Source: a virus
Taxonomy: Duplodnaviria; Caudoviricetes
IMG/VR virus record: IMGVR_UViG_3300009159_002843
Span: 1-26,889 of that record
Length of the DNA stretch: 26,889 bases
Reading direction: 5' to 3' (one strand)
The translations under genes and the position numbers were made by a program. Positions 21,101-26,889 of this stretch are shown here, piece after piece (positions within the stretch are counted from its first letter, which is position 1; each line of letters begins with the position of its first letter). The notes below the pieces were generated by a model, which ran no database searches, was not told where the DNA came from, and saw only the letters and a program-made list of their open reading frames with translations.

Positions 21101-24100
21101 CTGGGCAGATCATTAGTCAAAGTTTAGGCAGCGGATATTATGCCAATGTAACAGTGTTGGCTAATACTTCCATAGCAGGTTCACAATTTATCACAGTGAC
21201 AAACTATACTACAGCCAATGTATTCCGTTATGGCCAAAGTGTTGCTAGTGCTAATATTATAAGTGTTGGCGGTACACTTACCTCAGCATACCCAATGGCC
21301 AGCTTAGACAGTCTGATCAAAGATATCAATGACGCTAACCTATTAGGCATCTCTGCTGTTAACGAAAATGGCAGATTAAGATTAAACACTGACAGCACTG
21401 TAGCTAAAAATCTACTGCGTATCCTAGCAGGTACTACACTGCCAGGTAGTGCTGGAGTACTAGCTGCCGCTGATCTAATAGTGTTTGCATTCATGCAGAT
21501 TATCATTAACCCATATGGTGCCGCCGGCGAATATTTTGGTAACAAAGTCAAACTAGCTGCCAATGCCTACATGCTGGTAATTGGTAGTGCTCGTGGTACT
21601 ACTAGAAGATTTGCTACATTTGATAATTACTCTAAATTATTGTATCCTGATGTATCAGCATTGAATGCCGATGGTAGTGTTAATACCCTACAATATCAAT
21701 TAGATCCAGAATCAATACTAAGCGGTAATCCAACCACATTTGATAATACAGCTACAAGGTGGTCCGATCAAATCGTCGGCAGCGGCAGTGTTTACATTTA
21801 TGAACTATATGATGATCCTCGTGATGAAGTCGAACATCCTGGTAGATATGCGTTTGCGCAACAATTGGATCCAGATACATTAAATGTTGGTGATCAATTT
21901 GGATATGCATTGGACATTGAAGGCACATATATCACAGTTTCAGCACCAGCAGATGACACAGCAACAACCAATGGTGGGTCGGTGTATGTGTTTGAAAATC
22001 CGATGCGAACACGTGGATGGAACCTAATTAGATATCAACAGCCAACGGTTGATATCGATAGCTTGACCAGATGCTTCCTATACAGTAGCCTGACTAATAC
22101 TATCTTAGATAATCTACAGTTCATCGACCCAGCCAAAGGTCGTATATTAGGACAAGCTGAACAAGAAATTACCTACAAGACAGAGTTCGATCCAGCAATC
22201 TACAACAGAGGAACAAATCCAAAAGCAGATATTAATGCTAATGTCTACTGGACTGACAATCAAGTTGGACAGGTTTGGTGGAATCTTAGCAAGGTGCGAT
22301 TTATTGACTATGAGCAAGATACATTAACATATCGCAGCATCAACTGGGGCTCATTATTCCCAGGATCTATAGTTGAAGTCTGCGAGTGGGTCGAAAGCAG
22401 GGTATTGCCTAGCCAATATGTGGACAATGGTGGAGATGGCGTACCTAAATATGCTGACGACAGTGCCTATGTAGAAATTATATTTGTAGATCCAATTACT
22501 AACATTATCGGCAGCAAATACTACTACTGGGTCAAGGATAAAACATCAATTGATCCTAATAATGAAACTAGGAATCTTCCTATATCATCTGTGGCTGACC
22601 TTATAGCAAATCCAAAAAATCAAGGTATTAGTTATGCAGCCGTGATTAGAAATGATGCTATTATACTCTATAATATAAGCCAATATCTATCAGCACAGAC
22701 CACGATCTTACATTTAGATTATCAACTGCTATTGGAAACTAATACCATACACAGTGAATATGAACTAGTGCAAAAAGGTAACCCTGATAACTATATACCT
22801 AACAAGATCGTTGATAAACTAATTGACAGTCTATCAGGTATAAACAGTCAAGGAGCAGTAGTTCCTGATCCTGGGTTAAGCGTAGCTGACAGCTACGGTG
22901 TCGAAGTACGCCCAAGACAGAGCATGTTCATCGATAGACTATCGGCAGTAATTGAAATGATAGACTATGTAAATTCTATATTGATACAGAAACCAATCGC
23001 TCGACAATATGATCTAAGCCAACTGAATTCTGCAGAACCTGAACCGAGTTTAAAATATGGTGAATACGATCTCAGAATCGCAACAGAAGTAGAATTAGCC
23101 TATATTGACGTAACAGAATTGCCTGTGGGCTATAAGATATTAGCGGCGCAGGATACCACACAGGATAACCTATGGGTGCTGTATGAACTTGATGCTGATA
23201 AAACTTGGCAGATCATACGAATACAGAGTTATAAAACTGATCTTTATTGGGATTATGTTGATTGGTATGCTCCTGGATTTGCCCCAACAGAAGTCATTGA
23301 ATATGTAGTTGACACACTGGTTGATGCCTTAAAACTTCCAGTAGCGGTCGGTGATGAGATATTAGTTAAAGTCAGCAACGCAGCCGGAGGCGGGTTTAAT
23401 ATTCTTACGGTCTTAGCCGACGGATCATTCCAGGTGGTGGGTATTGAAAACGGAACCATACAATTAAAAACCAGCCTAGGCGATTTTGCTGATAACGAAC
23501 TAGGATTTGGTAATCAAGGGTATTCAACCAATAGATATGATCAAAACCCAAATATTGAAATACGTTATATTATCCAAGCTCTGCAAGATAACATCTTTAT
23601 CAATGAACTACAAGGAGAATTTAACAATTTATTCTTTGTATTAGTTAATTATCTATTCAGCGAACAGAAATATGTGGATTGGATTTTCAAAACCAGCTTT
23701 ATGAGCGTGACACATAATCTAAGAACGCTAAGTCAATTTCCTAGCTACATCAGAGATAATCAGACCTACTATCAGAGTTATATTGAAGAAGTTAAACCAT
23801 ATAGAACTAAGATACGTGAATATTTAATTAACTACACTGGCAATGACGAATACCCGAGCACAGTTACCGACTTTGATCTACCACCATACTACGATCAAAC
23901 ACTAAAAATGTTCCGTAGTCCTAGCGGTGAATACATCAGTACTGACACAGCTATTTGGCAGACATACCCATATAATCAATGGTATAATAATAGAAAACTA
24001 CAGGTTGGTAGTATTGCAGTTGAAAATGCTGGATCAGGTTACCGTGTACCACCTACTGTGGCTATCATTGCAGGCAGTGGTGGGGGTGCCGGAGCAGCAG

Positions 24101-26889
24101 CTACAGCAACCATTGACGGCAACACAGGAGCAGTTACTAGTATTACTGTAACTAATACTGGCGCCGGATATATCACTACCCCAACCGTGATAGTAAACGG
24201 TAGTGCTACAGTGCCTGCTACAGCTTATGCGATATTAAGAAACAATCAGGTTAGAACATTTGATACCACACTAAAATTTGATCGAATCAGCTATACTAGT
24301 ATAGTTACTGATTGGTCAGCCGACACCGCATATTATAAAACAGTATTTGATGCCAATGGTCGTGTGGTCAGCGGTAATGTTGTGTCGCATGTGGATGCAG
24401 ACGGTATACGCACAGCCTACTCAGTAAATGCTAATTTAATAACTAGCAATACATTTGTCAATACAAACTTTACTGTGTTTAAAGCTAATGCCTTTACTAA
24501 TGCCAATGATAGAATTCTTGGTTACTATGAGCCATCAGCATCAATGCCAGCACGTGATTTAAATCAGCTAATCTACGGTATCGAATATCCCGGAGTGCAG
24601 GTACAAGGACCAAACTTTAATCAACAACCTGGATTCTCTGGACCTACCACAGCAAATGTAACATTAAGTTCAGCAGGTAATGTAGCTATCAGTGTTGGCA
24701 ACACGATTATTCAGTCTAACGGTTCTATGACTGTTACAGCAGTTTATAGTAGCACTAAATTTAAAGGTGTTATTAACTCTTCAGGATTTGACACTAATAG
24801 TGCAAATATTAGTATACTAGAAGGTAAAAATGGAGTCTGGCAAGGCAACGTTATGGCTTCTTCTTCTAACATAGCAGATATAACTTATTTCTATACAGGC
24901 GGCCTACCATTTGGCAGTGGCGGATTTGATAATGTAGACTACGACGCTGACGGAAATCCGATACTCAGTGAGTCTGTAATAGATACTATAATTCAAAGTA
25001 CCTATCTTAATTCGGTATTAGGTACACGACCACAAGATATTGACGTAGACGGTGGTGCTTATGTGGATCGGTATTCAAGCCATGCACCTGAAGAGATGAT
25101 ACCAGGTATTACATTTGACACATTAGACATGCGTGTGTATACACAATACGATTCGGATATCTACGGATATAGAATCTTTAATAACATGTTGCGTCAGACT
25201 AGTTATCTACGCATATCAGACAATGCTACAACAGAACTAGGCAATGCTTTGTCTATGTCTGATTCTACTATATTGGTTACCAATGCCAATGTATTGCCTC
25301 GACCAGATACAACTACAGCATATCCAGGTGTGATCTTTATAGGTGCTGAACGTATAACCTATTGGAGGAACTATTACAAAGATGTTACAGCTTGGGCTCC
25401 AAATACGCTCTATGCAAACACATCGGTGTTGCAATACGGTAATGTGATCACATTTAACGGTAATGTCAATGTCAATGTCAATGACTATGTGCTACAAACA
25501 AGCAGTAATGCCAATGCACGTGTAACAGCATTGGGAGTATATGCTAACTCAATCTACGTGGCCTATACAGATGCTAATGTGTTTACACTAGGATCAGGCA
25601 ACATCTCAGTGACTGGCCCGGGATTTGCTGAACTACAACTGAGCAGCAATATCACTGCCAATGTTGGAGATTATATAACACAAACAACAAGTAATGCTAA
25701 TCTGAGAGTCTTAGCTAATGTAGCTACAGGCTCAAATGTGTATGTATCTTACAGTGGTGCATTTGATGCAAACATAGGCTTTGGTAATATCAAAGTTGAC
25801 GGAGTTGAGATAACTATTCCTTATTCCACTGGTAATGTACTTCAACCGTGGGCTAATGTGGGAGTTTATCCATTTATTGCTAACTTAAACGGAGTTATTC
25901 CGCAGTCAGTTGCACCAATAACCAGCAACGTGGCTTACTTTACTACTACCAATGCTGTTCCGGCGTCAACTATATTTGACACTGCTAATGTAGCAATATT
26001 ACCAAATATCAACACCCTAGCACAGATACGCAGAGGTACACAAGGAACATCAATATCAAATACCTATCCAGTAGGTACGTTGGTAGTTGATGCAGGCCAA
26101 CAACAGGTAGTACCATTGATCACAAATAAAACAGTTAGATTTATACAACTAGACTTAAACGCTAACATAAGTGTTACCATTGGTGCTAATATCACACAAC
26201 CAGAAACCGGAGCGATATTTAGAGCACTGGCAACAGTTAGCAACGTATCTAGTATTGCTGTCAGCTACAGTGGCCCATCTAAAGTAGTTTTAGCATCACC
26301 GATGATATTACCTAGCACAGTTACGTTAGCTGTTAATGGAGTTCTTACTTCAAATCTTGCAGTTTACCCTACTCCAATATATCCAATAGCTATCAACAGT
26401 GCTGTGACATTTACAAAAACTGTGACAGCAGATCCTAGTTATATAGTTCAGTTCTCTAATGCAATATCTGTAACAGTTGGTGCTAATGTGATTACTGCCA
26501 ATGTTGGTGATACGATTACACAGGCTACCACTGGAACTAACGCTACGGTCCTGGGTTTTGAAAATACCGCAGGTAATATTTTAGTATTAGCCTACAATAA
26601 TAACAATAGATTCAATTTCTTGTCTGGTAATGTAGTAGTGATTTCTAATGTAGCACTTAATGGTGCATATACAGGAAATGTTTACCCTATCAGTTCTAAT
26701 CTAGCAGGGTATGTTGGTACAACCGACAACGGAAATGTCACTGTTAGTGCTACAGAAATAGCAACTATTAAATCAGACACACCACTACAACAAAGTAATA
26801 TTTGGTTAAATTTAGGTGCTAACATAGCCACAGATGGTACTGGATTGTTGGGTGCTACTACTGTGCCTGCACTGTTTATCAAATCAGAA
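12190..26889 (+). CDS. Giant (at least 4,900 aa) virion structural protein, gp7-like baseplate wedge fused with adhesion-type domains (partial, no stop in window)
   Basis: Not in the ORF track because it has no stop. Frame +1 reads open from ATG 12190 (MAVRKTRNFLPTVFQTDTNEKFL) to the last base. It follows gp6. gp7/P2 gpI-like motifs FYKGYIKQKGS (18244) and YIEEVKPY (23779) are present, with FG-GAP, CBM5/12-like, FCCH-like and GSGY motifs. Confidence 0.9.
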   Translation, partial: MAVRKTRNFLPTVFQTDTNEKFLSATMDQLISEPVLTTLYGYVGRKFAPTFKTGDSYITESTPGRQDYQLEASTVVRDDSNNITFFSNYVDYLNKLNYYGAITDNQNRLFNAEYYTFDPLISFDKFVNFSQYYWLPNGPDVVEVDTTGIELIRTYNVKRDTATQQYTYTVDGVVDNSIILPRGGTYRFIIDQPGYPFWIQTELGTDGMLNATPTISSRDVLGVENNGTDSGVITFNIPQIGAQDRFTSMPTIASVDYANPLAYSDLQNSTLSRFLSNYPQYAGIAGQLDGKLLVFVSQETLNNRGDEIWTTPNVVIANTTIVSGGTVGSSNVRLASGTNISANLLVSGIGITANTTVVSVSGANITLSSTMTANASGTYTFTSTGYDAGTLIPYDLRYDVWRVQFVDIGIGDPLIKVVHYQDVAIDQKVYIRYGIGNANKEFYKDYDGFLKQVPLLSSLATTLFAQDGVASAINTTFKVVEYNNWVINVDDDIIGKQNYTSPNGIEFTSGLKIQFSSDVLPETYRNRQYYVESVGDLGGGIQLVPVDELVRPELYNDENTLNYPDQVFPEYITINRVSVDRNPWSRNNRWFHRDVITSAAGYRNETPVFNQDQRAQRPIVQFEGDILLFNNGRIAKLPIDVLDTTTLDAFNDYEGQVLAKAFGITLTDGLRVVFAADQDPLVRNKIYVVNLVQYTVNSLGIPNGPKYINLVKADDGDVETYDTTVVKQGQYKGSQWWYDGTQWIESQQKTSEQQEPLFDAYNSTFDPNTGTVDVGRSLSQLTRSTFAGTRLFGYLHSTAGVNDSILGFPLSYRNFTSQGDIEFQNYFTTDTYDYTVDGKIVTENISTGFLQKIRSRYALESRNTWTTVVEPTRQYQNIGYIYDGVSNLFPVDVTPNTQGSIPYLKVFKNYKFLTSDQWVFVANQVRLTTSEKFIGDGTTTEFRLTTVTSTENGVIVLVNGIARIAAGYYGVTGLVISFFTAPTQGDEIDIRVIINPAVGDKIDILVFSDQVSDLGYYQVPLNLDLNAQNIDVGVLTLGQVRNHLSELGQNSTTLVGDVIGISNLRDVDIKQQGGTILQHSAPVPFGELFLIDNQANFIDGLRYAQREYTRFKNKFLEFSGSLVGIQPTDPGTSVDLILTEINKFKSATFPWFYSDMIPYGTLKNTINYTVFNPLDKDYEITNIFSDTTLSNQAVLVYLNGQQLIKDLNYTFRTDRPAVTILDDLAVDDIITFVEYQNTDGCYVPETPSKLGLWPKFKPELFFDNTYRTPIDVIRGHDGSITPAFGDYRDDFLIELELRIYNNIKLPDTGTYGDIFKVIPGKFRDSEYTLAEITQLVSKNFQSWVGNNKLDFSTNDTFQSNDLFTWNYGGWNDRIDGEELPGSWRACYQYFYDTVYPHLFPWEMLGFSIEPDWWETYYGPAPYTSGNQLLWEDLAAGRIRYGARAGIDVNYARPGLTTIIPVDENGNLLPPASLITASYNATRAASAWAVGQYGPTEYAWRTSSDFPFAVQQAVALAKPGIYFGLYIDTYNYSPYNAVIQLLPNADYITQYLTFTTKRHITQNDVYFNGQSIGGSTYRTAGYLNWIADYLISQGVDPVNKIPMMMKNYQVNLAYKTAGFTDQTYLNVLAEQVSPSSTNDTIVIPNENYKVYLNKSTPTQKLVYSAVIVEKTTNGYSVRGYDLNNPFFTIIPSVVNTSATKITVLNSSATIFRDYQNLKLVVPYGYEFTSQQQIVDFLISYERYLIAQGFVFQDFDDALGKMKDWKLSSQEFLYWAQQGWQPGSILVLSPVASVLNSISIGAIADGISDSQYGSRVIDQNFKLIKNIDYEVLRSPTNFKVTLTNSASVIGYVEIDLVQYEHVLIFDNTTVFNDIIYKPETGNRQFRLKLVGQKTAEWDGSLYAPGFIYNNGQVDNWTPGVDYLFGDLVVYKDQYYTALQNVIASTEFQFVNWAQLSNSQIQGQSGLLPNFSLLAAESKAYYDSYPSVDDKKQIEYSHGLIGYRPRYYLDDLGLTETTQIEFYKGYIKQKGSLNSINQLIKAQFNNLTSNISLYEEWALRVGTYGALDVNPYVEIALDEKAYGVNPSLAQFVGAADTNLGNGETIFNKQQLYKSTDQFGGNIALNRIADSDYANDILTAGYVNVDDIDATIFDLTDYVDLDDILGVIGTGYTIWCARDFTQNWNVYRVTETNNHVNTVAKPTGLDNYVTFTFDTPHGLTVDEVFLIRDFLTDYDGFYQVYRVDTINKVTVKYNGNTSNLTTLTGDGLFFVLDSMRFRYMEDSRVYGQPPNGWKVGDKIWIDIDAETNAVQGQPYGTQPSGTWKVYEKTKPWAVKQSLDKGSTEYSNNSGYGTSVKMSADGQLVVTGTPYSGNGVVNTFFKNYNDEYLEGFSLLPLATDTRSFGSTVDLSADEFNAARLAVGAPASYANVGYVSVYSKSVNSTAFAPTQILVGNISAANADMFGSSLTFNQNGNWLYIGAPGNDKVYIYGLNRFIPRRQQTISVNNLNTITVANATEVTTSITVSVDDVLYTPGTAATVIVEAASSGSTITVDSLTNIIPQPGDARILANIALDNNITANSGSYITQVSSSANIQVYKSASNDSRVYGRYVDSNRFDTSGNISVNGTVVIISTFAGTWSNVGVKPAQVGFANIFKNGVDTGLHAISTTSTPARSNISLGFTPSVVNDANSLLVYSGSKVYIPNIEYTVDSANLKINFINNGNIASLANIAQSDITVVQQPYYALLGNVRGNTGSNFGFALSSSFDGAQLAVGAPLDNVLGFPGAGSVSVFDRVIEAFNSTGTGDYITQNPIGPVYRVTIDNIEVNDYLVIGSNTIRFITPPPIGRVIYVETNAFALLEKLIGIDSLEGGTAAIQANAFFGTSLTICSNNCAIYIGAPNYDNGTEYNTGAVWKFHNRGRLYGTNNGYTYNPVFTPGDSIRLDNFEVTVSARMMPTTPIGGTAANILALSSNIRANTGQIISQSLGSGYYANVTVLANTSIAGSQFITVTNYTTANVFRYGQSVASANIISVGGTLTSAYPMASLDSLIKDINDANLLGISAVNENGRLRLNTDSTVAKNLLRILAGTTLPGSAGVLAAADLIVFAFMQIIINPYGAAGEYFGNKVKLAANAYMLVIGSARGTTRRFATFDNYSKLLYPDVSALNADGSVNTLQYQLDPESILSGNPTTFDNTATRWSDQIVGSGSVYIYELYDDPRDEVEHPGRYAFAQQLDPDTLNVGDQFGYALDIEGTYITVSAPADDTATTNGGSVYVFENPMRTRGWNLIRYQQPTVDIDSLTRCFLYSSLTNTILDNLQFIDPAKGRILGQAEQEITYKTEFDPAIYNRGTNPKADINANVYWTDNQVGQVWWNLSKVRFIDYEQDTLTYRSINWGSLFPGSIVEVCEWVESRVLPSQYVDNGGDGVPKYADDSAYVEIIFVDPITNIIGSKYYYWVKDKTSIDPNNETRNLPISSVADLIANPKNQGISYAAVIRNDAIILYNISQYLSAQTTILHLDYQLLLETNTIHSEYELVQKGNPDNYIPNKIVDKLIDSLSGINSQGAVVPDPGLSVADSYGVEVRPRQSMFIDRLSAVIEMIDYVNSILIQKPIARQYDLSQLNSAEPEPSLKYGEYDLRIATEVELAYIDVTELPVGYKILAAQDTTQDNLWVLYELDADKTWQIIRIQSYKTDLYWDYVDWYAPGFAPTEVIEYVVDTLVDALKLPVAVGDEILVKVSNAAGGGFNILTVLADGSFQVVGIENGTIQLKTSLGDFADNELGFGNQGYSTNRYDQNPNIEIRYIIQALQDNIFINELQGEFNNLFFVLVNYLFSEQKYVDWIFKTSFMSVTHNLRTLSQFPSYIRDNQTYYQSYIEEVKPYRTKIREYLINYTGNDEYPSTVTDFDLPPYYDQTLKMFRSPSGEYISTDTAIWQTYPYNQWYNNRKLQVGSIAVENAGSGYRVPPTVAIIAGSGGGAGAAATATIDGNTGAVTSITVTNTGAGYITTPTVIVNGSATVPATAYAILRNNQVRTFDTTLKFDRISYTSIVTDWSADTAYYKTVFDANGRVVSGNVVSHVDADGIRTAYSVNANLITSNTFVNTNFTVFKANAFTNANDRILGYYEPSASMPARDLNQLIYGIEYPGVQVQGPNFNQQPGFSGPTTANVTLSSAGNVAISVGNTIIQSNGSMTVTAVYSSTKFKGVINSSGFDTNSANISILEGKNGVWQGNVMASSSNIADITYFYTGGLPFGSGGFDNVDYDADGNPILSESVIDTIIQSTYLNSVLGTRPQDIDVDGGAYVDRYSSHAPEEMIPGITFDTLDMRVYTQYDSDIYGYRIFNNMLRQTSYLRISDNATTELGNALSMSDSTILVTNANVLPRPDTTTAYPGVIFIGAERITYWRNYYKDVTAWAPNTLYANTSVLQYGNVITFNGNVNVNVNDYVLQTSSNANARVTALGVYANSIYVAYTDANVFTLGSGNISVTGPGFAELQLSSNITANVGDYITQTTSNANLRVLANVATGSNVYVSYSGAFDANIGFGNIKVDGVEITIPYSTGNVLQPWANVGVYPFIANLNGVIPQSVAPITSNVAYFTTTNAVPASTIFDTANVAILPNINTLAQIRRGTQGTSISNTYPVGTLVVDAGQQQVVPLITNKTVRFIQLDLNANISVTIGANITQPETGAIFRALATVSNVSSIAVSYSGPSKVVLASPMILPSTVTLAVNGVLTSNLAVYPTPIYPIAINSAVTFTKTVTADPSYIVQFSNAISVTVGANVITANVGDTITQATTGTNATVLGFENTAGNILVLAYNNNNRFNFLSGNVVVISNVALNGAYTGNVYPISSNLAGYVGTTDNGNVTVSATEIATIKSDTPLQQSNIWLNLGANIATDGTGLLGATTVPALFIKSE
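14821..15210 (+). repeat. Two nested copies of a GDG-xTTxF small beta-sandwich virion domain
   Basis: The inner copy (14980-15168, FIGDGTTTEF...VLVNG...APTQGDEIDI) sits inside an outer copy (YDGVSNLF...PAVGDKIDI). Further copies occur near 15690-15895 and 20560-20730. Confidence 0.6.
17929..18039 (+). other. CBM5/12 (chitin-binding type 3)-like motif
   Basis: WTPGVDYLFGDLVVYKDQYYTALQNVIASTEFQFVNW. Degenerate or split copies start at 24313 and 25393. Confidence 0.65.
18802..18936 (+). other. E1-FCCH-like small beta-barrel domain
   Basis: VTFTFDTPHGLTVDEVFLIRD...DGFYQVYRV...VTV, a pattern common in phage structural proteins. Confidence 0.5.
19228..21993 (+). repeat. Seven FG-GAP (integrin alpha-type) repeats, predicted 7-bladed beta-propeller with large insertions
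   Basis: Blades start at 19228 (YGTSV..TGTP), 19384 (FGSTV..VGAP), 19564 (FGSSL..IGAP), 20443 (FGFAL..VGAP), 20812 (FGTSL..IGAP), 21535 (FGNKV..IGS) and 21898 (FGYAL..VSAP). Confidence 0.8.
19738..26688 (+). repeat. Dispersed ~75-85 aa module (consensus LxxNITANVGDYITQxxSxANxxV...VxY...F...GNIxVNG...VYP), about 8 copies
   Basis: Approximate copies: 19738-20169 (outer, degenerate), 19882-20112 (inner), 21061-21294, 24652-24894 (degenerate), 25441-25902 (outer), 25624-25878 (inner), 26140-26370 and 26440-26688. Confidence 0.75.
24007..24237 (+). repeat. GSGY..PTV tandem repeats typical of T4-like phage baseplate proteins
   Basis: SIAVENAGSGYRVPPTVAI...AAATA and SITVTNTGAGYITTPTVIV...ATAYA. 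Confidence 0.7.

Noticed and set aside
25462-25483. (AATGTC)x3 tandem hexamer
   Set aside because: It is short and in frame, encoding NVNVNVN at the position of NITANVG in the module. There is no evidence for phase variation.
19903-25683. DGR template/variable repeat pair or CRISPR-like repeats
   Set aside because: The shared DNA is only about 36 nt, the differences are not adenine-specific, the spacing is irregular, and no reverse transcriptase or cas gene is in the window.
13080-26882. Short ORFs of 60-111 aa listed within the giant gene (minus strand and alternative plus frames)
   Set aside because: They are shadow ORFs of the continuous frame +1 gene and have no recognisable motifs.
12190-26889. 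Stop-codon recoding as the reason for the apparent ORF gap
   Set aside because: Frame +1 has no stop codon of any kind. The ORF is unlisted only because it runs off the window, and other genes end normally in TAA or TGA.
12190-26889. Intein, intron or homing endonuclease explaining the gene size or the inserts
   Set aside because: I saw no intein splice-junction pattern, no LAGLIDADG, HNH or GIY-YIG motif, and no frame interruption.

Overview
A segment of a large T4-like (contractile-tailed) phage genome, standard genetic code. On the minus strand, read right to left, are a gp55-like late sigma factor, a gp47-like Mre11/SbcD nuclease, and a translationally coupled twitch-domain radical SAM gene that is cut by the window edge and missing from the ORF track. 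Divergently on the plus strand is a baseplate operon: tube-initiator-like protein, gp53-like LysM protein, gp27-like hub with an N-terminal tail lysozyme, gp5-like spike, gp25 and an enlarged gp6. It ends in an unlisted giant ORF, 12190 to >26889 (at least 4,900 codons, no stop), which looks like a gp7-like wedge protein. The most striking signal is inside that giant protein. A 7-bladed FG-GAP propeller and other domains are split by insertions, and about 8 copies of a ~75-85 aa module are inserted into other domains and into each other, up to four levels deep. The inserts are strongly enriched in a small-Asn-aliphatic tripeptide. The gp55 gene's own sigma70 promoter also contains the T4-type late promoter of the divergent operon in its spacer. 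All family assignments come from motif recognition by eye; no searches were run.
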